DNA from: Candidatus Poribacteria bacterium | GTDB taxonomy: Bacteria; Poribacteria; WGA-4E; JAJDTR01 | Length of the DNA stretch: 64,000 nucleotides | Direction of reading: 5' to 3' | Assembly: GCA_965220415.1 (NCBI GenBank) | Contig: OZ244829.1 | Span: forward strand, 2,799,483 to 2,863,482 | Notes under the pieces: generated by a model | Seen by the model: the letters and a program-made list of their open reading frames with translations, nothing else | Databases searched by the model: none | Told to the model about the DNA's origin: nothing | Program-made: the position numbers and the translations under genes | Shown: piece by piece, positions 48,501 to 56,366 of the stretch | Position numbering within the stretch: position 1 is the stretch's first letter | How the letters are laid out: every line of letters starts with the position of its first letter

Positions 48501-49682
48501 TTACACTGCAACAGGAGGTCGCGATTCGGAGATCGCTCCTACATGCTCGGGAGCCGGTCGTCCGCCAAGCTCATTCTTCTCCCAGAGTTGACCGAGGCTA
48601 TAATCCTCAAGCCAATTCTTCAGTTTCTCTCCATCCAGTCTGGTAAATTGCGTTGCTCCCTCCACGCGTTCAGTCACGAGCACATCTTCCGGCTCGAAAT
48701 GATCCAAGAGCAAGGAAGACTGAGTGGCGACGACAATCTGGGTATCCACGGAAACCTGCTTGATGAGGGCGGCAAGAATCGTGATTGCGGCGGGATGCAA
48801 TCCCAACTCCGGCTCGTCCAATAGAATCACCGAAGGGCGCAATTCTCTCGGTTGCAGCAATAATGTCGCTAAAGCGATAAACCGAAGCGAACCGTCAGAT
48901 AGTGACGCGGCATCAAAATAGTTGTCTGACCCCCGATGACGCCATTCAAGCCGAATCGTATCCTCGTTCAGCACACGCGGCTCTAAGAAAAAGTCGTCGA
49001 AAAACGGCGCAACGAGTTGTACCGTGCGTCGTATCATGTTGTACGAATCACCGTGTATTTCACGCAGATGATACAGGAATGCTGCGAGATTTGAGCTGTC
49101 GTGCCGCAAGAAACGATTGTCGTTTAGTGCCGTAGTTTTCTTTACGGGTGACGACGCGCTTGTGTCGTGGAAGTGGTACACTCGCCATTGAAGAAGGTGT
49201 TCTCGAACGTAAGGAATTGCGCTGGATTTGTCCTTTGAGTTGTAAATACCCGCCTCGCCGCCCCGCCCGCCGATCCCGTAATCTGTCGAATCGAATCCTT
49301 CGAAAATCTGCTCCTGTTTAACCGAAGTTCTAACCCCCTCACTAGAAGGAATTAATCTCTCCTTTGACGGAAACATGCCATCGGCATCGTTCGGCGCCAA
49401 CACTATATTGTACTCTCGCTTTTCATTCTCAAAACTGATTCCAAGATTTAGAAACTGAGTTTTCTTTGAACCGAAGTGAAGTATCTTGTCAGCACCGCCG
49501 GCCCTCATGACATAGTCTCGAAGTCCTCCTAAGCGCATAGCGTTAAGGAACGAGAAAACCTCCATGAAGTTCGACTTTCCGGCGCCGTTCGCACCAATCA
49601 AGACGTTGATTGGAAGGAGTTCCACGTCAGCAGATTTGATGCTCTTAAATCCTTTTACGGTAATCCAGTCAAGTGTAGACAT
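48501..49682 (-). CDS. AAA_21-type ATP-binding protein (OLD/AbiLi-like), standalone
   Basis: RBS gagagg upstream of ATG 49682. Walker A LIGANGAGKSN. Walker B ILLDEPELGLHP. The last ~12 codons run through a REP family-1 copy (...GAISESRP...). Confidence 0.75.
   Translation of the reverse strand: MSTLDWITVKGFKSIKSADVELLPINVLIGANGAGKSNFMEVFSFLNAMRLGGLRDYVMRAGGADKILHFGSKKTQFLNLGISFENEKREYNIVLAPNDADGMFPSKERLIPSSEGVRTSVKQEQIFEGFDSTDYGIGGRGGEAGIYNSKDKSSAIPYVREHLLQWRVYHFHDTSASSPVKKTTALNDNRFLRHDSSNLAAFLYHLREIHGDSYNMIRRTVQLVAPFFDDFFLEPRVLNEDTIRLEWRHRGSDNYFDAASLSDGSLRFIALATLLLQPRELRPSVILLDEPELGLHPAAITILAALIKQVSVDTQIVVATQSSLLLDHFEPEDVLVTERVEGATQFTRLDGEKLKNWLEDYSLGQLWEKNELGGRPAPEHVGAISESRPPVAV
48518..48542. 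repeat. REP family-1 element embedded in the 3' end of ATPase gene 48501-49682
   Basis: Sequence gtcgcgattcggagatcgctcctac. Confidence 0.7.
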
Positions 49683-49784
49683 GGTAACCTCTCTATTCCC
49701 CAGCGCAATCGCCCCCGAGTCTAGAGGTGTAAAAATCTGCAATTATCAAATCGAATATGGAATCCTCTTTGCTCCCGACAGGAA

Positions 49785-49809
49785 GTCGCGACCTGGAGAT
49801 CGCTCCTAC
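49785..49809. repeat. REP family-1 element between the sulfatase stop and the ATPase-3 start
   Basis: Sequence gtcgcgacctggagatcgctcctac. Its CTAC (GTAG on the minus strand) provides the sulfatase TAG stop. Confidence 0.7.
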
Positions 49810-51404
49810 ATTTCCGGCTTCTCCCGCGACTCCAGAATATCCTTCCACGGCTGAACATGGCATCGATCCGTCCAATCATCGTGCAGCCCCCTCAACTCTT
49901 CGACGATGTCCGGACACTTACCGCTTAAATCTTCCAACTCGGTGCGGTCAGCTTCCATATCGTACAGTTCCCAATCGCCCGGATACTTCATGACCAGCTT
50001 CCAATTCTCCCGCCGCACCGCTTTGTTCCCCTCGTGCTCCCAATACAGCACACCTTTGCCGTTGTCCCGGTTATCGAAAACGGGCACCAAACTCGTGCCC
50101 TCCAGCGGATAAACCGGATTCCCATCGTTCTCTTTGGGATACGCCGCGCCAGAGACCTCGAGACACGTCGCCATCACGTCCGTCAACTGCCCCGGCTGAT
50201 GCCGAAACTCGCCCGCCGATGTAATGCGCTCGGGCCAATGCGCGATTAAAGGCGTGCTGATGCCGCCCTCATGCACCCAGTGCTTGTATTCGCGGAACGG
50301 CGTATTTGACAGGTTCGCCCACGGCACGCCGTAGCTTTGATACGTGGTTTCCGGTCCCGGCATAATCGCCGGGTCGTTGCCCTTACTGACCGGTGTCCCG
50401 TCGCGCGTCAATGGCGGTGAGACGGGACGATCTCGCCCGGTACGCGTGTTGGGCCCGCCCAACTCTTCGGCGCACCCACCGTTATCCGCCAAAAAAAGAA
50501 TCAGCGTGTTATCCCGTTGACCCGTGGCTTTCAACGTGCTGATGATCCGTCCAATCCCCTGATCCATGCGATCAATCTGCGCCGCGTACACTTCCATCCG
50601 CCGCTGATTCCATTCTTTGTGTTGCGCGTCTCCCCAAGGTGGCTGTGACGGATCCCGATCACTTAATTCCCAGCAATCCTCCAAGATTCCCATCTCCCGC
50701 ATACGCAGCAGGCGTTCCTCGCGCAGCGCATCCCAGCCGGCGGAGAACCGACCCTCATAACGCGCGATATCCTCCTCATGCGCATGCAGCGGCCAATGCG
50801 GCGACGTATAAGCGACATACGTGAAGAAGGGGTCGTCGGGCGATTTCGCATGATGGTCTCGGATGAAACCGGATGCTTCATCGCTAATCGCATCGGTCAA
50901 GAAGAAGCCGTCCGCGAGGTCGTCGTGCAAAACATGATCGTTGTCCCGCGTGAGCGTATGCGGCTGCCAGTAATTAGCACCGCCGCCGCGGAGACCGAAA
51001 TACCGGCCAAAACCCCGCTGGCACGGCCAGCTATGCTTTGGGCCTTCCGCCCCCAAGTGGCGCGAAATATGCCACTTGCCGCTCATATAGGTGCGATAAC
51101 CCGACCCTCCAAGCGCCTCGGCAATCGTCACGCAGCGATGATTCAAATCCCCGCGATAACCCTCCAATCCGTCGTCAACCATCATGTGTCCGACACCGGT
51201 TTGGTGAGGGTGCAACCCGGTCAACAACGACGCGCGCGACGGACAGCAACGCGCCGTGTTGTAGAACTGCGTGAATCGCAGTCCGCCGTTCGCCAGCTTG
51301 TCAAGGTTCGGCGTCCGCACCTCGCCGCCGTAGCAGCCGAGGTCGGAATAGCCCATGTCATCGTTCAGAATCAGCAGAATATTCGGTCGCTTCTCTTCGC
51401 TCAT
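49806..51404 (-). CDS. Arylsulfatase (formylglycine-dependent sulfatase family)
   Basis: Sulfatase signature CCPSRASLLTGLHPHQTG (C-x-P-x-R). N-terminal NILLILNDDMGYSDLGCYG. 532 aa. Confidence 0.9.
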   Translation of the reverse strand: MSEEKRPNILLILNDDMGYSDLGCYGGEVRTPNLDKLANGGLRFTQFYNTARCCPSRASLLTGLHPHQTGVGHMMVDDGLEGYRGDLNHRCVTIAEALGGSGYRTYMSGKWHISRHLGAEGPKHSWPCQRGFGRYFGLRGGGANYWQPHTLTRDNDHVLHDDLADGFFLTDAISDEASGFIRDHHAKSPDDPFFTYVAYTSPHWPLHAHEEDIARYEGRFSAGWDALREERLLRMREMGILEDCWELSDRDPSQPPWGDAQHKEWNQRRMEVYAAQIDRMDQGIGRIISTLKATGQRDNTLILFLADNGGCAEELGGPNTRTGRDRPVSPPLTRDGTPVSKGNDPAIMPGPETTYQSYGVPWANLSNTPFREYKHWVHEGGISTPLIAHWPERITSAGEFRHQPGQLTDVMATCLEVSGAAYPKENDGNPVYPLEGTSLVPVFDNRDNGKGVLYWEHEGNKAVRRENWKLVMKYPGDWELYDMEADRTELEDLSGKCPDIVEELRGLHDDWTDRCHVQPWKDILESREKPEM

Positions 51405-51486
51405 AACTCGCTCCAGTGAGATGGATAGATGATGTCATGCACCCCCCACCCGGTAGACGGGAATCAACCGACCGAATAGGGATGGT

Positions 51487-51536
51487 GAATTTCTCGGAAT
51501 CGCGACTCCGATTCCCAACAGGTCGCGATTCGGAGA
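51487..51536. repeat. Two REP family-1 units (one partial and inverted, one complete)
   Basis: Sequence ggaatcgcgactccgattccc..ggtcgcgattcggagatcgctcctac. Confidence 0.7.
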
Positions 51537-51564
51537 TCGCTCCTACGGGTGGCGAGAACAACAA

Positions 51565-52428
51565 TCACTTCAAGTCCTCTCCCGGCGTCCACTGCTGCGG
51601 GATGGGTTCCGCATCACCCTCATACACAATTCGGAGAGGCTCCATCAGGTGCTGCGTCCGTCCCGGTGAGCGCCTCGTGATCTGGGTCTTGGTTTCCAAT
51701 GACACCACCGTGGCTTGGGTGGACTCGGGCAGGTCGACAAAATCAGGATAGTACCACATCGTGAGTCCCGTCCGACGCTGATCCGTGCGGTTGGCGTGGG
51801 CGGAGTGAAACAGCGTGCCGTAACCCATCACCGCATCGCCCGCCTTAAGCGGCACGTCAATCTCTCCTTCCGCATATTGGAAAGCGGTGTGATCCGGGTC
51901 GGCGTAGGTCGACAGCTTCTCAGTGTGCCGCTCCGGAACTTGGTCGTGCAGTGCGTGGCGTTTCAGGTGCGATCCCGGAATCACGCGCAAGCAGCCATTC
52001 TCCGGCGTGGTGTCCACGAGATAGTACATCAGAAAACACTGGATAGGCTGCGGTGTATAGCTGACCGGGTCGTCCCAGAACCTGCCATCCTCGTGCCAAA
52101 ACAACCGCGGGCTGTGCGGCGGCTTGCTGATGACTCTGCCATGCCCGAACTTCGGCTGCGTGAATCCCAATTCAGCCAGCCCCTTTAGCATTTTTGGGTG
52201 CACGATGAGTTCGGCGAAAACGTCGTACCGGTACGCCATATCCCAATCAATCATCAACATGCTGCCCGGTGCACGCTGCTGTTCGAAGTGCGTCTCCTCC
52301 TGCTGGTCGAGCACCTCATCGGTGATTCGCCTCAACTTATCGATTAGCTCAGGCTCAAGAAGATTTCTGAAGACACAAAATCCATCATTCTTAAACTGTT
52401 TCTGCATATCCGAATCAGTGATTTTCAT
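51565..52428 (-). CDS. Phytanoyl-CoA dioxygenase (PhyH) family oxygenase
   Basis: RBS aagggg upstream. Motifs WHEDGRFW, LRVIPGSH and LFHSAHANRTDQRR. Confidence 0.75.
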   Translation of the reverse strand: MKITDSDMQKQFKNDGFCVFRNLLEPELIDKLRRITDEVLDQQEETHFEQQRAPGSMLMIDWDMAYRYDVFAELIVHPKMLKGLAELGFTQPKFGHGRVISKPPHSPRLFWHEDGRFWDDPVSYTPQPIQCFLMYYLVDTTPENGCLRVIPGSHLKRHALHDQVPERHTEKLSTYADPDHTAFQYAEGEIDVPLKAGDAVMGYGTLFHSAHANRTDQRRTGLTMWYYPDFVDLPESTQATVVSLETKTQITRRSPGRTQHLMEPLRIVYEGDAEPIPQQWTPGEDLK

Positions 52429-52638
52429 ACACGAACCCCTTGTGTGCGGTATTAGGTGTTGGTCGAGCGATCAATAGTGGGTCGGCGAGAGGCGGTATTT
52501 CAGTTGCGCCGATTGGCTAGAGATAGGCAGCCCTTCCCTTTGTCAAAATGCGTCAGCTTCTTGACAAACATCATAGCGGCGCACGAGTCAAAAGTCAAGG
52601 ACATTGTGTTGGAAGACAGTGTAACGAGCGGGTTACCC

Positions 52639-52659
52639 GTAGGGTGGGCACTGCCCACC
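52639..52659. repeat. REP family-4 element
   Basis: Sequence gtagggtgggcactgcccacc. Confidence 0.65.
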
Positions 52660-52699
52660 GGTGGAGAGTTTCTGCAGGGTGCGATAGAGATTCCACCGA

Positions 52700-52830
52700 A
52701 ATAAATCTCCCCTATTCACTGCTTTCCCCGTCTTCTCGTGCACCCGTTTTCCCGTTTTCTGCCTTCCCTCTTCCATCCTTCCTTCCTTCCAATCTTGCAC
52801 CCTTGCCCCTACCCCTCTCACTACCCCTCT
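52700..52830 (-). other. GGA-rich polypurine tract (minus-strand sense)
   Basis: Plus strand reads ...cttccctcttccatccttccttccttccaatcttgcacccttgcccctacccctct... Third copy of this tract type. Confidence 0.3.
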
Positions 52831-52837
52831 ACTGACC

Positions 52838-52866
52838 ACTAGCCACTGGTTACTGGCCACTGCTTC
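52838..52866. repeat. CCACTG-rich palindromic element (ccactagccactggttactggccactg)
   Basis: Paralog of 19640-19676. Sits immediately 3' of the 52870-54771 gene. Confidence 0.4.
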
Positions 52867-52869
52867 TCC

Positions 52870-54771
52870 CTACATATCGATCGTAATATACGTCGACTGT
52901 CCGGTGATAATGCCGAACACGCCCCAAAACGTCGTGACCACAAATTCGCCAAGCACCAACCCCAGAAAAAACGGCGCCGCCCTCCGAAAACTTCTTAACC
53001 CGCCGTGCTTTACAATCACCCATTTCAGCACAAAGCTGACGAAGATAGAGAACCAGAAAAAGTTCATCGTCCACGTCGTCGTGACGGCGTAGCCAGCCGC
53101 GTGCAACGGCATCCAAAGAAACTGACCCCGCATCAACGTCAGCGCAACCGACACCAGAAACCCCGCTCCAATCGCCGTGATAACCGATCCATCCGTTCCC
53201 GAGGGATGTGTCAACCAACCCTCAAGCCGCTGAAACGCCTCCTCACCCGCCCAACCGGTATTTATCTCGCCCCGGTAGGCGAAATGCAGATACGCCCAGA
53301 TGGACACAACGATGCCCAGAACGGTTGCAAAAGCCATCACACGCCCAAACTGTCGATAGCGAATGTCCGCACGCTCCGCTATCTTGAGTCCTTCAAGCTG
53401 ATGCGGCATCAGCAGGCAGTCGTAAGCCCGATTAAAGAAATAGAAGTAAGACAGCATCGTCATATTGGTCGTGCCAAGCGGCTTGGCACCCGCGAAGGCA
53501 TACGTCATCTCATCCGCCCCCGCGAAGTGCTGGTCATGCACCGGCGAACCGAGTTCCGCCCGCACCCGCGTAATCCCGATAGCCAACATATAATACAGCC
53601 CGAAGAACAGGACGATGACCCAGTATGACATCCCCGTCCGATGACAGAACCCGAACAGGAACGCCAAACTCGACAGCAGCCAGATAACCGTTCCGCGGTA
53701 CGACATCGGTTCGTCGGTATCGTTGACGACCGCCCCCACGCCCAAACACTTCCTGGCGACCTGAACCAGATGCCGCCGCGCCGCCCATAGCCCCATCACC
53801 CCGATGCCGACGTAAGCCCCGAACGACTGCTCCGAGGCGTACGGAAACCCGTGCGGCAACGCAAAGGCGCTCCCCAAGACCCGTTGCAGTTTCCAGTACA
53901 AGTAAAACACCCAGACCGAGAACGACAAATCCAGCGGGATAAAGAACGCCAAGCCGACGGCAAACGGGTAGACCCCCACCGGCAACCAATCAATCGCATC
54001 CCAAGGGTGAACGGTAAACAGGTCGGCGAGGTCGTTTTCCCGAGAGCGCGTGAGACCGATACGCGGGAACTGCGGAAAGAGGTGATTGAACCCGTTGAGC
54101 AGATCGACAAAAGCGGCGGCGCCAAAACCGATCCACATCGCCCTGCTCCGAAAAAATCGCTTACGCCCGCTCGTCATCGCCAGCGGCAACTGAATCAACG
54201 GATAGCTCAGCCTCTCGTTTTCCGTCCACTGTTTCCGTAGGATGAAGTTGATAGCCAGCATTACCGAAAACAGGGCAAACAGAAAACAACCCCATACGAG
54301 CATCGGCGGCAGCCACGCCCCGATGTGCGGTTCAAGGTACAACGTTGAGTCCCACCGATACAGATTGTCGAGCGCTCCCTTGTCTCTGACCGACACCCAT
54401 TCCGGGATATAGTTCCAGAACAGCGCCTGCCAGTCGTTCTCCGGCGTCGCGAACGCAAAGGCGTAGCTGATGACGGAAATCATAATTTGCACGCACATGT
54501 GCCCGCCGATCGCCGTGGACAGGGAGACCGCCACGTAGAGCGCGAGCAATTCGGCGCGGGAAAGCGCAAGTTTCGGTAGGAATTTTTCGATGAGGCGGCT
54601 TAACGCCGCCAGGAGGAAAAGAATCGTCACCGCATTATAGAGCAGCGAGATCATCGACATATGCGCCAAGCCCGGCTGCATCTGGAATACTGCGTTCAGT
54701 GGAATCAGCAGCGCGACGAGGAGGGTGGTTCTAAGTCTAAGCTGGGCTGGGGAATTGGATTTCATCAACAC
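52870..54771 (-). CDS. Polytopic integral membrane protein (more than 12 predicted TM helices), function unknown
   Basis: 633-aa ORF rich in W/F/L/I hydrophobic segments. No recognisable catalytic motif. Confidence 0.6.
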   Translation of the reverse strand: MLMKSNSPAQLRLRTTLLVALLIPLNAVFQMQPGLAHMSMISLLYNAVTILFLLAALSRLIEKFLPKLALSRAELLALYVAVSLSTAIGGHMCVQIMISVISYAFAFATPENDWQALFWNYIPEWVSVRDKGALDNLYRWDSTLYLEPHIGAWLPPMLVWGCFLFALFSVMLAINFILRKQWTENERLSYPLIQLPLAMTSGRKRFFRSRAMWIGFGAAAFVDLLNGFNHLFPQFPRIGLTRSRENDLADLFTVHPWDAIDWLPVGVYPFAVGLAFFIPLDLSFSVWVFYLYWKLQRVLGSAFALPHGFPYASEQSFGAYVGIGVMGLWAARRHLVQVARKCLGVGAVVNDTDEPMSYRGTVIWLLSSLAFLFGFCHRTGMSYWVIVLFFGLYYMLAIGITRVRAELGSPVHDQHFAGADEMTYAFAGAKPLGTTNMTMLSYFYFFNRAYDCLLMPHQLEGLKIAERADIRYRQFGRVMAFATVLGIVVSIWAYLHFAYRGEINTGWAGEEAFQRLEGWLTHPSGTDGSVITAIGAGFLVSVALTLMRGQFLWMPLHAAGYAVTTTWTMNFFWFSIFVSFVLKWVIVKHGGLRSFRRAAPFFLGLVLGEFVVTTFWGVFGIITGQSTYITIDM

Positions 54772-54803
54772 AGGAAGGAATTAACCGAGTGAATGGGGAA
54801 TAT

Positions 54804-54828
54804 GTAGGAGCAATCTCCTTATCGCGAC
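54804..54828. repeat. REP family-1 element (diverged)
   Basis: Sequence gtaggagcaatctccttatcgcgac. Confidence 0.55.
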
Positions 54829-55010
54829 CTGCCGGGTGCCGGGTAGGCCCTATTACAAACCAGTATTGCTGCGAAAACAAGCGCAATATTACCCAACGCA
54901 AGGCATACATCAAGCGAAACTCATCGACTCTGTTTGCAAGGATGAGGGTAAGGTCAACCAGTGACCATCAAAGGGAGATATAGATGCTATTGACTTTGGG
55001 AACTTTATTA

Positions 55011-55039
55011 TTGACATCTGATTTTCTCTTGAGTAAGAT
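55011..55039 (+). promoter_or_regulatory. Sigma70-like promoter candidate (TTGACA - 17 nt - TAAGAT) upstream of 55121
   Basis: ttgacatctgattttctcttgagtaagat lies in an AT-rich spacer about 80 nt upstream of the start codon. Confidence 0.3.
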
Positions 55040-55120
55040 TTTAGAAGTAGCGATTCACCTTGGATGGTCATGTCGTGAGACAACTAGGACACTCAACTAT
55101 ATCTGTCCGAGAAACGTTTT

Positions 55121-55627
55121 ATGGTAAACACCCGAATTGATAACGATAAGGGTGCCGAGATTGTGCCCTTGATAGGCATCCCCCGTAAGTGGGCGAACCC
55201 TACCTTAAAGTGCTACTCGTTCATCTTTTTGGGATATACGATATGGGTCACGTATCAAGAGTTCGGCACCGCCGCCAAAACCCTCAAAGCAAAGTTGACA
55301 TTTCTGGTTCCGCATCTGGGCGCGTTTAGTGTCTTTGAAGCAATCACCATCATCGCGCTTATCCAAGTTTGGGATATTATTATGTATTTGACAAACAGAT
55401 TCAAAACCGATATTGAGAAGATTAAAGCCACAAGTGAAGCACGGGGTAGAGCCGAGGGCAAAGCCGCGGGTAGAGCCGAAGGTAAAGCTGAGGGTAAAGC
55501 CGAAGGTAAAGCCGAGGCGTTCCAAGTTTGGGCAGATTGGTACCATCGGCAAGAAAACGCAAGAGCGCAGGGAGTACCCTTTGACGAACCCCCACCTTCT
55601 CTGAACGGCGACAAGACCAAGGGATAG
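55121..55627 (+). CDS. Small 2-TM membrane protein with a C-terminal (E/R)GKAEG repeat tract
   Basis: Hydrophobic segments CYSFIFLGYTIWVTY and AFSVFEAITIIALIQVW. Seven EGKA/AGRA repeats. Tandem paralog directly downstream. Confidence 0.5.
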   Translation: MVNTRIDNDKGAEIVPLIGIPRKWANPTLKCYSFIFLGYTIWVTYQEFGTAAKTLKAKLTFLVPHLGAFSVFEAITIIALIQVWDIIMYLTNRFKTDIEKIKATSEARGRAEGKAAGRAEGKAEGKAEGKAEAFQVWADWYHRQENARAQGVPFDEPPPSLNGDKTKG

Positions 55628-55685
55628 CGTTTTAGGCGCTAGCCGGCGACATGCGTACATTGATGACGATAAGGGTGCCGAGATT

Positions 55686-56126
55686 GTGCCCTTGATAGGC
55701 ATCCCCCGTAAGTGGGCGAACCCTACCTTAAAGTGCTACTCGTTCATCTTTTTGGGATACACGATATGGGTTACGTATCAAGAGTTTGGCAGCGCCGCAA
55801 AAACCCTCAAGACAAAGTTGACATTTCTCGTTCCGCATCTGGGCGCGTTTAGTGTCTTTGAAGCAATCACCATCATCCCGCTTATCCAAGTTTGGGATGT
55901 TATTATGTATTTGACGAACAGATTCAAAACCGATATTGAGAAGATTAGAGCCACAAGTGAAGCACGGGGTAGAGCCGAAGGTAAAGCCGAGGGTAAGTTT
56001 GAGGGTAAAGCCGAGGCGTTCCAAGTTTGGGCAGATTGGTACCATCGGCAAGAAAACGCAAGAGCGCAGGGAGTACCCTTTGACGAACCCCCACCTTCTC
56101 TAAACGGCGACAAGACCAAGGGATAG
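55686..56126 (+). CDS. Tandem paralog of 55121-55627 (about 95% identical, shorter repeat tract). Start possibly shifted to GTG, or the gene is N-terminally disrupted
   Basis: The ATG homologous to that of copy 1 (55651) is out of frame because of a ~7-nt deletion. The in-frame homology IDDDKGAEIV precedes the first usable start codon. Confidence 0.45.
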   Translation: MPLIGIPRKWANPTLKCYSFIFLGYTIWVTYQEFGSAAKTLKTKLTFLVPHLGAFSVFEAITIIPLIQVWDVIMYLTNRFKTDIEKIRATSEARGRAEGKAEGKFEGKAEAFQVWADWYHRQENARAQGVPFDEPPPSLNGDKTKG

Positions 56127-56366
56127 CGTTTTAGGCGTCAGCCGGCGATATGCGTACGAAGAAGCAGCGGGGGAATTGCAAGTTATTTCAGCGGAGTAGA
56201 GAACGGATGGTTACCTTCTTCTCGAGGGTATGAATCACAGGACGTAAGAGACACGATGAACCCCGTGCGATTGCGAATCGGAACGGAGCAGCAAATGCCC
56301 GGCTAAATATGGGTTTGCTCTTGTACCGAGTAGTTACTGGCGTCCAACTCTGAATCGCATGATATA

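Noticed and set aside
50778-51419. 213-aa plus-strand ORF inside the sulfatase locus
   Set aside because: It is antisense to a gene with an unambiguous sulfatase signature.
53005-53628. 207-aa plus-strand ORF
   Set aside because: It is antisense to the polytopic membrane-protein gene. The product is His/Arg/Pro-rich.
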